Assembly: GCF_000002075.1 (NCBI RefSeq)
Contig: NW_004797330.1
Span: forward strand, 673,368 to 737,367
Length of the DNA stretch: 64,000 nucleotides
Reading direction: 5' to 3'
Source: Aplysia californica
Taxonomy: Eukaryota
Part shown: positions 14,901-27,174 of the stretch, in pieces
How positions within the stretch are numbered: position 1 is the stretch's first letter
Layout of the letters: every line of letters begins with the position of its first letter
Translations under genes and position numbers: made by a program
The notes under the pieces: model-generated
What the model saw: only the letters and a program-made list of their open reading frames with translations
Databases searched by the model: none
Told to the model about the DNA's origin: nothing

Positions 14901-15535
14901 AAAAAGGCCTAGAAAATCTACACCTATAAACGTAAATATCAGTAGGCCTGCTAGCTTGAATCGCAGGTAAAAATCAAAAGATCTTGAAGGATACTAAAAA
15001 TAATAAAATGTGTAGAGAGATGTTTTTTTTCTATCACAGAGCATTGACTTTTGTAGTCTCTTACTTGAAATAACAAGTAGCAAGTTAGCCTACTCTACAC
15101 AGATTCTAGGCTATACCACCACATTGAGGAAAGCAAAAATATTGACAGGTTCCAGAGACAAGGAACAAAATACTCACAAAAGAAGGAAAGAAACAATTTT
15201 CCAAAAGACACCCCCCCCCCCCAAAAAAAAAAAGAAAAAAAGAACAACCAACCTCGTCCCCCCAACAAAGGGTCCATAACCCTCCTACCACCCCCACCCT
15301 AAAAAAAATAATCAACAAACAAACAATTACTTTCAAGTAACTTTCTCACCACAAAAAAAAGACCAACTCATGCAAATAATAAAAGAACATTTAAGTTAAA
15401 ACCTAGAACTCAAGATTGCCATTGCTTTTTTTCTCTAACTTTACCACTGTAAAAGTGCTCACAAAAAAAAGCAAACTAAAGTAAAGGAAAACGAAACACA
15501 AAATCTTTGAAAGAGTCCAAAAGAGATAAAATGAG

Positions 15536-16741
15536 TTACATTAGAAAATTATTTTCATTGCTATTTTGTGCTGCCCTGGACTTGGGAGACTCGCTTGGAG
15601 GACTCTTCTTTAAGTCATTAAAAATATTATAATCCTTCTCAGTTTTAACTGCACATAAAAATTCTTCAAACCCCGTTGTCCCTGTATGTGACGCTCGCAC
15701 AAGTTCCGTTTTGAGCAGATGGCAGCGTTGTCTGTAAAAATCTCTTTCCCGAACAGAAGCGCTCAACTGACGCTTCAAATCCGCTATCTTGTGCAACAGT
15801 GCCTTGTTTGTTGTTTCTAACTCACTCTTTTGTAGCATTCGCTTTGAACGACAATTTTGAGCATATCCACGATTTTTCAGAGTGCGTCTTTTCTGTTTGA
15901 GACGCTGAACTTCACTCTTGGGGCATCCCTGAAGACGCCTGTTCAACTCACGGACTGGCAGTGTCACGAGATCCTCATCATCGATAACTGAACTTTCTGG
16001 AGACATACCTGAAACCGGTGAAAGTACACCACCTTTTCTTCCACCCTGTCGGTTAAGCGTACAGAAAGAACTGCTAGCAACACTGTTCTTATCGTCCTCA
16101 ACATCAAGTTCATTATCGTCATCATAGTCAACGTCAAATTCATTGTTACCCCTGCAAGACACATCAGGAACTTCCGATTTTACAGATGGAGATACTGGAT
16201 TATGGTGATGCACATTACTAGGCTCCAAAGATCGCAATAGTTCATCAAGTGAACTCGTCTTGACATCGAGTTTATTTGTTGAGCTGCCATCTTCTGAGGA
16301 GCACTGGGATCCTAATTTCAAAAACCAGTCCTCAAAATAACCTCTATCACCGAAGGTGCTGCCAAAACTTGATAATGAGCGAGTGGGCGAGGGCAAAGAT
16401 GTTTGAGAAGCTGGTAGAGGAGTTGTTGGAGAAGGAGGGATCGAGTTGGCGGGAGTGCTATTGCCACTGTTGTAACCCATGTTGCTGGTAGCCACAGCTG
16501 ACAGGATTGGGCTTTGGGGCATTTGCAGCTGGCCGGTGACCTGAGCCGTGACCCCAGCTCCGGAGCAGGTTTGCTGTGGCTGCGTCTGAGGGCTCGCCGC
16601 AGCCGCCACCGCTGCAGTGCCGGTAGGGCTTGTGCACAGGCCTAATTCCGACTTCACCATCGAACTGTGTAACTGGTGCAAGTCGTGGCCGTCCATGAAA
16701 AGGTCAAAACTTTCGATGTAACTTTCAGCGAGCTCATCCAT
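15536..16741 (-). CDS. MAF: Large Maf bZIP transcription factor (MafA/MafB/c-Maf/traffic jam family), intronless, 401 aa
   Basis: Extended homology region plus basic region [16 protein letters not shown]...[22 protein letters not shown] followed by a leucine zipper. N-terminal [11 protein letters not shown]...VKSE resembles the large-Maf LAMEYVNDFDL..VKKE motif. S/T-P-rich [14 protein letters not shown] segment resembles the large-Maf GSK3 cluster. Confidence 0.95.
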   Translation of the reverse strand: MDELAESYIESFDLFMDGHDLHQLHSSMVKSELGLCTSPTGTAAVAAAASPQTQPQQTCSGAGVTAQVTGQLQMPQSPILSAVATSNMGYNSGNSTPANSIPPSPTTPLPASQTSLPSPTRSLSSFGSTFGDRGYFEDWFLKLGSQCSSEDGSSTNKLDVKTSSLDELLRSLEPSNVHHHNPVSPSVKSEVPDVSCRGNNEFDVDYDDDNELDVEDDKNSVASSSFCTLNRQGGRKGGVLSPVSGMSPESSVIDDEDLVTLPVRELNRRLQGCPKSEVQRLKQKRRTLKNRGYAQNCRSKRMLQKSELETTNKALLHKIADLKRQLSASVRERDFYRQRCHLLKTELVRASHTGTTGFEEFLCAVKTEKDYNIFNDLKKSPPSESPKSRAAQNSNENNFLM

Positions 16742-17132
16742 GGTGTAAGGTGAAAAAAAAGTGACCTATGATGGTATTTCTAAAGGTTCAATGGTTGTCT
16801 GAGCCTTGGTGGTTGCCTCGCTCTCTCACTCTGCCTGCTCGGGTCACTGTTCAAAACCGTTACACACTCGTTCGTCGACTTACCGGGATCGAGCTCAGTC
16901 ACTGATGTCAAACAGTCAAATATAAGTGAAAACACGTAGTACCTAATCCTGGTGAAGGCAGAAGTATGTGTCTCACTAAATATATTCTCCTGAATAATAC
17001 AAATCAGTTCAACATTTAAACCACAGTCTCGGCGACAGTCTACTGTCTCGCCAGTGGTTCTCGGCTCCCGGCTAGAACGACACACCTCACGTACTGAGGG
17101 CTACGGCAACAACGGGCCACTTGGGTATTCCC

Positions 17133-17199
17133 GTCAGCTTATATACCCAGCAAGACGTCACGGCATTTATTTTTGGGTCAATGTAACATCCGACCAATC
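17133..17199 (-). promoter_or_regulatory. Putative core promoter of the Maf gene (TATA, CRE-like, CCAAT)
   Basis: Minus-strand TATATAA at 17139-17145 abutting GCTGAC (half-MARE-like), GACGTCA at ~17154-17160 and CCAATC at ~17194. CpG-rich context ~400 bp upstream of the ATG. Confidence 0.6.
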
Positions 17200-18499
17200 G
17201 CTGGGCTCAGAATACAATATTTTAGGCAACTTGCTCAAGGCCTGTGTGATATCGAGGCTGGCAGTTGGTTGCAGATGTGCTGGTTCGTACCGGCTGGGTC
17301 CGTTCGCGAAGCCCCTCGTTCGCCGACACCGGTGCTCTGTCGCGTTGGCTAGCCTAGGTCTAGTCTAGATCTTTTTGAAAGGTTGTTTCTTGATTAATTT
17401 TATATAGACTATGTGACGATTGTTTTATTCTTTCAACTGAAAATAGTCGTCGGGAAATAATAGAAGTATAGTTTCACTTTGAATGGAAAAGTTCACACGA
17501 CTTCGGGAGTACTCGGGACTTTGCATGTGATTCGACCCTCGTTAACTGGCTCGAAATTTGTTACTTCTCAATGTCGTTCCGGTTTGATAAACATAATTTA
17601 ATCGTTTGAGTGTTGTATACGAATCCGACTCAATAAATACCCTAGAACTTGAAACTCTACCCATGAACAGTGATGTAGTTTATTCGACACATCTAAAACC
17701 CGGCACGTGCAGGCCCCGTGCTCTGTGCCGTCGGCCTTCACCACCGCCTAATTGAATCAGCCTGTAACACACACAGTAGCCTGTTACCACGGTGAACTGT
17801 CCAACCACCCGACTCAGTTTCGTTGCATTTTCGTCGTGTGTAATTTGTGCAAAGATTTTGAGCGTTTGAGCATTTCTTGCACAGTATTTCAACCTGAGAA
17901 TTTCAATTTGGTTTGGTAGAAGCGAAGTAGATTCAGGAAAGAATAGAGGGACTTTCAGTAGGTCACCTCCCGAAATAGAAACGCTCCGCGAAGCATGGAA
18001 CTTTTAACCCTATAGCTTCCTTATTCACAGACAGCCTTTTACCAAGGAGCCTTTTACCCAGTTTTAGTTTTATACACCTGTTATCGGTACAATATAAACA
18101 TTTGCCTGAAAAGCAAGATCATTTTTATTTTTCCTTTTCCGAGATAAAATATAAGTTTGGGTAAGCTTATTTTAGCATTAAAATTTATCAAAATGTACTC
18201 AGGCCTACAACAAAATAAATACATTGGTAATTTCAACATTTTTGTCTCTAATTTCTAACGTTTGCCTGAAAGTCAAAGGTTCAAACTCTTGTCCAATACA
18301 ATGGCTTATCAAATTTGATTATTTTAAATGTCTTAGACCGGTGATTTTACGGGTTTGAATTTTTATTTCATTAAGTTAGATGTTATGTGGGCTGTATTCC
18401 TCTTCCTACCTGCCTTAAATTTTTTTAAATTTTAGAATTTATTTTTAAGGACATGAAGTTGCTTTAATTTGTTGGGGGGGGGGGGGGGGGGGTTGTGGT

Positions 18500-18947
18500 G
18501 TTTTACGGCGCACGCAACTGTTTAAGGTTATATGAGCGCGCGAGACACTTTAGATATTTTCAGTTTGGTAAATCAATTAAATTTTAATTTTGCCCCGGAT
18601 GGCGGCCGAAGCTCCTACTCACTCTGTCGTGTTTTGGATCACCAAAGGATCTTTCGTGCGCATTACACTACGGGACCTCCGAGGTTTCGCCCCCGAGAGG
18701 GCTAGGTCCAAAGAGTAACCGTAAATATTTTAAGGCTGCAGAAAGGGTCAGGAGCCCAGAAGAAGGGGTAAAGGGTGTGGAGGTGGGGGTAGAAATTAGT
18801 GCAATGGAGACGAAAGCCGACGACAGAATATGGTTAGAGAGCAGGAAATGTGAAAGAAGAAAATTTTCCGTCGCTGTCAGGTTTCGAACCTGGGACCTAT
18901 TGAATGAAAGGCGAACACTGTAACCTCTCTAGACCACGAGAGCCCCC
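18500..18947 (-). mobile_element. Same tRNA-derived SINE family, full length
   Basis: Head GGGGGCTCTCGTGGTCTAGA...GGTTCGAAACC plus the same centre and tail as 62884-63300. Confidence 0.85.
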
Positions 18948-20030
18948 TGCTTTTGAAGAAAACGGGAATTTAAAAAAATGAAATTACAACACAAGCCTAA
19001 TTAGCAGCAGCCTAGGCTTTTCTCAGGCCGAGTCAATAGAACAACTAGACAGAAAACAACAACAGAAACTTTGAAAGCAATTATTCGCAGTTATTCCGTT
19101 ACACGAAGGCGTTTTGGGGCTAAATTATAATTAGCGCTCTACACTTGAGTTTTTTAAATAACTGTTTTAAAAGCTTGTCTCTTTCTCTAATCTATCTGTT
19201 TAGGCTTGATCAGCTTTGGTGTTCCTTTCTTCGTTATAATGAAGGAACTGGATTATCCCAGCTTTACGTCACCTCTAAACCTTTCTCTTCCTGTAAGTCG
19301 AACAATGCCGACTTCTCTCGCAGTTGTAAAGACAATACACACACGGTAACAAGTTTAAAGAGAAAAAAAATGCCTTAAAAATTTTTTTAAATTGTTAAAT
19401 ATGTGCGTTACGACACATCAAAATAGAGATTGCAATCGAATTTATAAGTATAGGTTTTCCTAAAGTCCTTTGACTTTTTACAGACCTAATAATCCTAATG
19501 GCAGAAAAACGTGAGAGTGAGAGGGTCACTTTCAGTTTTAGACTAAGGAACTGCGGCGCTCGAACGTAAACTGCAAGTTTGTATAACTTTATCCTGATAA
19601 ATCAAAAGTTTTATTCATGAATCTGGCCTGGCTTTTTAAAGTTAAGAGCAACTATTGTGTTAAATTTTACGATACGCCTCCATGTTATACTCCCTTTAAA
19701 CTGTCTTCCCCAAATTCTTGCATTTGTTGAGGAACCGAAACATGTAGTTCATGTAATACTATGATTAATTTCTAACTTCTGGTTGTCATTCCGTTACCTA
19801 AAAAGCCCAGAGCATGAGTCGTTTTCTAAAGTTTAAATGAGCTGAATTTTTGTTGTTGTAGTAATCGTGAAAGTCGGTGGGAAATGCAAGCATGAATGCT
19901 AAGAAGAGTTTTTAAAAAATAGAGCGAGAGAAATGACTGCATAATCCCGTGAATAAAAAACTGCTTAAATTACACTCGTTTAGTTGTAGAGATTAGTAAA
20001 CTGCACCAGTTTGGCCACGTTCTGAGACAC

Positions 20031-20035
<5 letters not shown>

Positions 20036-20117
<82 letters not shown>

Positions 20118-20175
20118 TATGTATATATAGTATAGGGTTTTACGGCGCTCGCAACTGCTAAGGTCATATGAGCGC

Positions 20176-20264
<89 letters not shown>
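20036..20264. repeat. Two (GA)n tracts enclosing an isolated ~40-bp retroelement tail (20137-20177)
   Basis: GTTTTACGGCGCTCGCAACTGCTAAGGTCATATGAGCGCG between the GA runs. Confidence 0.85.
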
Positions 20265-20266
<2 letters not shown>

Positions 20267-22253
20267 CAACATAATACTTGGAGAGCCCAAACAGATATAT
20301 ATAGGTGACGGGGAAAGATCGGGATAATGTAGCTTTTTTTTTTTTAGACCATCCGAGCAAAGGAATAAGTGGAGGACCATCATGGTCGCCGATGTCTGTC
20401 GCAGATCTGGCACTTTGTGATGATAATGTCTTTTGAAAAACATGTTTATTAACGAGCTCAATATCCTTTCTTTCCTCGTTTTACAAAATTTAAGGATTAT
20501 GTAGGACTGCTACATAGTTTGATATCTTCTCGTTCATCTCTACCATCCCAGTTTTGCGAGGGTTCGCCCAGAGGGGGTTTACAGTAGTATTACTGTAAAC
20601 TCTCTGGTTCGCCGCAGGTCCTCCAGGCTCCCGTACAGTTTTGGGTAATCTGTCTACTGAGCAAAGGGTTGGGATTTCCTTAAATTCCGTGCCTCAAGCA
20701 CTGAGTACCGGTAGGCTTGTAGCAAAAGGGGGTTTTTATTCTTTCGTTTCTGGGTTTGTTTTGTTTTGATCTTTACTTGGTCGCCAGTTCCGTACAGACA
20801 CTGCTCCGAGTTGCCGATCCTGAACTTCGTGTAGACTTTTCACTTTTGCATTATAATTATAAAAATGAAGAGCTTTGCTACTAGTTTCAAATAAAACAGG
20901 AAAATATTTGCTGGAAAGTTCTTTAGTACTGTCAATCTCCTCACTGACCCATCCCACGTCAAGAACCCCCCCCCCCTAAAATGTACACAAATAATAACAG
21001 CAACAATAAAAGAAAATGCAATATAAAGGTTCTTTATTGTCATCTGAGAAATGCATGTAGTTTGCCACTGCGCCGATAAACATAAAATTTACTAAACAAT
21101 CATATTTTTCAACATACATCCAGATCTGTGCAGAAATAATAAGTACTCAAATTGGGTAAATCTGTGTACTTGCTTCCAAAAGAAAAACAATGCACATACA
21201 AATATATTATAAAATGATTATGGGGTCAAGAAACCGACCTTATCAACAGCATAAAAAAAAGAACAGGCAAAAGAACAAAGACAAGTAGGCTAGATGAAAA
21301 AAAATCACATGCATCAAAAACCCAGCAGAGAGGCAACCAAAATCACTTGCATTGTTAATAATATTAAGTTGATTTGTTGGGAAGATATTTTCCATAAATA
21401 ATAACAAACCAATACAGAGAGAGTGTATCTCTTTATTCTCTGATTCTGAACTGAGTACCGGTTCTAACTTTAAAATAAGAGACATTTGTGCTATTTTAGA
21501 TTCCTTGCAGCGATGACATTGGATAAACACAAGCTTCAAAAAGGTAGCAAAGTATGAGATAACATTTTTAATGGTCTTGGTATGGCACTAGGAAAACAGG
21601 CACAGATTCACAGACCACCTTCTACCTACTGGTGCGTGTTCACCATATCTTCACATTTAATTAAGCTGAGCAACTTACAGCAGAACATTGAGAGCACAGT
21701 ACATGTATCACAGGCGGCAACAGAAATCATGAAACTCAAATACTGACAAATGGTAGCAAAAAACACAAAACACACAACATTGTGGATGAGCTAGGACGAT
21801 TTACCCCTTCAGAGGTAGAAGGAAAGTAGGAGAAACAGACCAACAGACAGACCCAAAAAATTTGTATGTTCTCATTTAATTTGATAAGATTGTCTGAACT
21901 AAGCTATGGACAATTAAACAACCCCCCAAAAAAATCTACATCTTCAGTTGACTCGATAGTGGTGCTCCCTAGAAATTAATTTTACCGCTCAAAGTTCAAA
22001 GCATGCAATCTGTAGCCCACTCACAGAGCTTTATATAATAAAAACTTACAAACAGTCCACTATTCTCTAATTTCTGTTAAAAAAAAAAAAAAGAAGAATG
22101 ATCAAACATAGATCTACACCATGTTCACTTCTGTTATATCTTTATAAATGATTTTAAAGTTTTACTTCTTTCAAAAAGACAGAATGTAATGGTTCAAGAA
22201 AAGTAAACAAGAACACACACAGAACAAGTATAAAATGTTACAATGTAGTAAGA

Positions 22254-22432
22254 TTTAGTTTTAGTAAGAGATTTACGGCACTTGCAACACAATAAGGTCA
22301 TATAAGTGCCGAAGAATAGATGTGTAACAGGAGAGTAACATACACAAAAAAGAAGGAGGGGAGATAATAACGACAGATGTTTGATAGGAAAGAAGGAGCA
22401 AACCACACCAGAGCACCCGCCAACCACCCACA
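22254..22432 (-). mobile_element. Retroelement 3' end, family B (same tail, different body)
   Basis: Similar to 8766-8936. Same terminal tail motif and (CTAAAA)n end. Confidence 0.6.
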
Positions 22433-24007
22433 AATGTTAATAAGGGGTTCAAACAAGTTAGCAAAAAATATAAAGCATTNNNNNNNNNNNNNNNNNNNNN
22501 NNNNNNNNNNNNNNNNNNNNNNNNNNNNNNNNNNNNNNNNNNNNNNNNNNNNNNNNNNNNNNNNNNNNNNNNNNNNNNNNNNNNNNNNNNNNNNNNNNNN
22601 NNNNNNNNNNNAGGAAGGACTGGCCCATTGCTGAATAAATTATAAAATGACTAATTTACAAAGACAAGGTAGATCAGACATAGTAAAAAAACATCTAATT
22701 ACTTGCCAATTCATTGGCTACCATATATTTTTTACCAGGTTCTAAATCCTGCAGTGAGGTACTGAACAGCAGGGGAAATCACGCGGCTTCCCTGTCTTAC
22801 AATGCATATTTTATATCCAATCGCTAATATTTTTGACACTGACAGAATCACCATTGCGTTTGAGTGGTTTTTGACATATTAAACCATTTTTAAAAAATTG
22901 TAAAGGACAATAAAACACCCCCCACAAAAACACAAATCCCAGCACAACACAATCTCCATCATCCTAAATAAGGACTTATTACAAAACCATGTCAAAACTC
23001 TCTGTCTCACTGCTGGTCCACAGGCAAACATACATTGTACTACAATGAACCTCACATCCACCTATACCAGATTTAACGACATCTCAAACTTAACAGAGGA
23101 GAAATTAAAGAATTCCCATTTTTAAAAAAATTAATTAATAGGACATTAAACAATACACTTATTATTATTATATTTATTTATAGAGAGAGAAAAAGTTCTT
23201 CAATGAGCAGTGAGAAACAACTACACAAGGTAGTTCGCACTATAAGTAGCTGTACTGTAAGTGACGAGTTTTTGAGCATTTCTCTCCAGTAACAAAGACT
23301 ACTCTAGTTCAAGAGTTGACTTATTCGCAAAGCAATTATTCGAGCATAGAATATGACCAATGAAACATAAATGGCTCATAATTTTGAGAAATTTTCTGTC
23401 CCACATTTGATCCACATACATGCACAATATCTGGTGCTCTCTACCACTCGCCACTTTAGTCGCCGATGCGACTAGGCACACTAAATCATAATCAAACAAC
23501 CAGCGAACGTACTGCACTGAAGTAAATTACTAAATATATATCAAAATCAAAGGAAATCACTCTATATGATGACAGCTGAAAGGTTGATGAGCCTTTATGA
23601 ATTTTTAAAGCGTGTTTCGTGGGCTGCCAAGGTTTCTTTTTATTTAAAAAATTCTACCACGGCTTTAAGCATTCTAAACTGGTGCGGTACTTGAGGGTTT
23701 TTCACTATATGAGCCTTGGGTACAGTAAGTGTTAAGACGGGCATGCTGTCATAGAAGAGACTACTAGATTCTATACCAAAAGTTTAGTTCTCAAAGTGAG
23801 TCATAGTGGAGTCTAGTTCTATACAATTGCGATAACATCAAGGTAAAGAAGATTTTTCTCATTGGAAACCAAGAGATCCAGTTGATTAGGGCAATCCAAT
23901 GGAGGCATCAAAAATAAAACCCTGCTATTTTTCGAAAACATGACACTGTGGCCTGATGCATTTAGATGAAGAGTCCCAGAGGATTAATATGAAATACGAA
24001 TGTCAGT

Positions 24008-24413
24008 TTAGTAGAGGTTTTACGGCGCTCGCAACAGCATAAGGTCATATGAGCGCCAAGGGGTGTATGTCAACAGAGAAGTCCTTACAGGGAATCAGAC
24101 TTACTCTGCTCACCTCTCTAGCTTCAACAGCACAAAGTCTGCTTCGACGATCAAAGGCACCCTGGAAATAGCAGGTCACAAGAGTGTGACAAACATACAA
24201 TAGAAGTAGAGGAAAAAATGACAATAGTAAGGATTAGGAAAGAAAAAGCAGCAGTTCCCTGTTGCAGTTAAGGCACAGTTATGAGCATGACATTGATGAA
24301 TCAGCCCATTTACAATTACAATTCTACTGTGCATAAGAACTCGAGATGTTAATGTCCCCCCTTTTGGGAATGGCCTAAAGACACTTCAGTCACTAGCACT
24401 GCCCTGGGGGTGC
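24008..24413 (-). mobile_element. 5'-truncated non-LTR retroelement 3' end (family A) sharing the SINE tail
   Basis: 13-bp TSD tac(g/a)aatgtcagt at 23995-24007 and 24414-24426. Highly similar to 1235-1607. Ends in GCGCTCATATGACCTTATGCTGTTGCGAGCGCCGTAAAAC plus CTAAA. Confidence 0.75.
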
Positions 24414-26621
24414 TACAAATGTCAGTCAAGCTCTGCTACCACTGACAATTCAGGTGAAGCAAAACTGAAAGGCTGGCTTGACAAACTTGTTGGATGAAAT
24501 GTGAGGTTGATTGAGCACATGCGCACACACACACACTGACATATAATATTTTCAAATTTGTACCTCATTTACCTCATTGCAATGACTTCGTTGGATTACT
24601 TCCCGTCATAAATAGTGAATCGGTATCAAATATTACCACAGAGGGCGCACGTAAAGCTGTAAAAAACATTGTTAAAAATCGTCATAAAGCCATTCACTGA
24701 AGTCTAACATGAAGCAATCAATAATAAAATGCCATATTTTGAAAGGCTTTCACTCTCAAATTATAAAACAATAAAATGATCTGAACTAGGTTACATGATG
24801 CACAAGAAGACTGTGATTTACAGTTTAACCCCTTCGTTGTCTTATGATGTTCCTGATACGTCACGAAAATGTAATTTTTTGTTTTGAGCCACACCATATG
24901 AGATGCAAGTCAGCAAAATTTGCTGTTCCTGGTGGTTTATATGACGTTACATGTACGTCAGGCTAATTACCTAGCTGTAATCCTTCTGTATGGAGATTTA
25001 GCCACAAGCACAGCTTGGATTTTTATTCAGGAATTTTTCAATGCCCATATCCGTACCAAATGTGCTAATATTACTTTACTGCTACGCTTGCAAGCCTTCG
25101 ATAAACAAAGGTGTAGTCTTGAGGACGAACCCGTGGTCTCACAAAATGCAAACACCAAAATGAATTTTTGAACGCCAGAAAAATTTAACTCTTTTACTTA
25201 GATTAGCAAGTTTGATAAATTAATGAGCAAGATGGGGGTTTTAGGGAAAGAGGAAATGGAGGAAAGTGACAGTATCAAAGACGTGGGATCTTTGATAGGT
25301 CATCAGTGGGCAAGATTTAGACCCAGAGTCAAGAGACTGCGGTCTTGGCTAAAAAGCTTATTTTAAAATCAGTGGTGACAGTAGGAGCACACATTTCCTG
25401 GCAAAAAAAAGGTTAAAATACTCCAAATGACCACAGCAGTATTCCAGGTATTGAAAACCATTATTGCTTTTAAACATTTAGTACTTTTTGCTGCCTCAAA
25501 GAGGATGAAAGACTGATGCATGGTGCAGTCAGGCAATCAAAAGTAATCAATATAGTGTGCAGTAAATGAAAAGGGAAAAAAAGAACTAGGCGTCTGAATG
25601 CCACCTTATTAGTTATAAGGTCCCTTTCACACATGACCACAATGTATCTGATGATGCAATTAAAACTCTGAACTTCTTGTTATGTTTTGTATTAAGATAT
25701 AATATGAGGTAGGATCTGTAATTATATTGCCAACATACACAGAATAGACCTGTTTAAATAAAAAATATTATTTACATAATAAAGCTGACAAATGCTGCCT
25801 ATAAATTTGCTGTATAAATACTCATTTGTCAGAATAAAGGCGCAACTTTGATTTTGATATTTCAATGAGAAAAGTGATGGCAGTGACATCCTGCTATTTT
25901 TTATTCAGCGCACTCACACATTTGAGTTCTCACCTCTTTAACCACAAATTAGGTCAAATAAAATGGTGTGATACCTCATTTAGACTCAACCTTGATCAAA
26001 AGTAAATGTCAATTTTTTTTCAACAACTAACCGATACTTTATACATAAGCCCTCTACTCCACTAACAACAAAAAGCCAAGAGTTATATGATTTATAGAGG
26101 GATTACATTTTTTTAAATAGAACACTTGTGTAGAGCTGAAAACAGCAAGCATGAACACATAGGCCTACATATTATACTTATTCATTTGAGCTATGACTAA
26201 TGACCCCCAAGACTGCTGCATCTTCCTCCTCGCCATGCCAACACCTCTGTCATTTGCATCAGCACCACCACATCCACAGAGAGAGACCAAACTAGTCATA
26301 TGACCAAGTTCAGCTTTACAAACTCAATTATCCAGTGAAACCTAATCAAGATAGACAAAAGAACAGTACAATAGTTTTGCAGAGGCACAAAGAGAAGACC
26401 TGAAAATGACCCCTACCACACCTCTCCTGGAAGTAGAAACCTGAACACAGAACACTGGCGCGTGGCATTATGTATCCCATCTTAACAACATTTAATATCA
26501 CAGACCTCTATATATTCATAAGACCAAGTTGGAGCCTAAGGTTTCAGAAAATGTGGAGACAACTGTATCTCAAACATGCAAAAAATTTAGCGACTGAAAA
26601 ATCTACAAACTGATGCATAAA

Positions 26622-27174
26622 CTAAGTGTTCAATTCCCTTCCCGCTTTTTCACTCTGTGCCTTTGGATCAGATACTGGGAGAAGACTTTTATCAACAACC
26701 ATTTTTGCTTCTTGATCCATTGAACGACTCATTTCCGTAACCTCAGCAGGTATAAGAGATGAACTTGGATCCTCCCTCACAAAACACGGGGTTATCTTCG
26801 GCTTCTTAGTCAAGGGAGCCTTGACACTATTAGATGGTGTACGCTGGGGTCTAAGGTGACTTACTTCCTCTATGGCTGGTGATGACCCTAAAGAAATGAA
26901 TGAAGGTTGAGCCACAATATCCAATGACAAAATATTGTCTCGATGTGAAAATAGTAGTGGTGATGATGTATTGTCTCGAAGTGAAGATAGTGATGAAGAT
27001 GCATTGTCTTGGTGTACGGAAAGCAAAGATGACCCATCATCTTGACATGAAGATCGTGATGGTGACACAACGTTTCGATGTGAAGACGATGTTTCTTCCA
27101 GTTTCATCACATTGGACTCTGACAAGCTGCGTCGCATCCTCTTAGCTCCCTTCTCTTTTCTCAAAACTTTCGCT
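26622..27174 (-). CDS. ZC3H3: ZC3H3 terminal coding exon
   Basis: Acceptor ttccatttccag is phase 2. QPSFISLGSSP...APLTKKPKITP resembles the C-terminal LPSFISLQSSP...APLTK..KPLHIKP of ZC3H3. Stop at 26622-26624. Confidence 0.8.
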
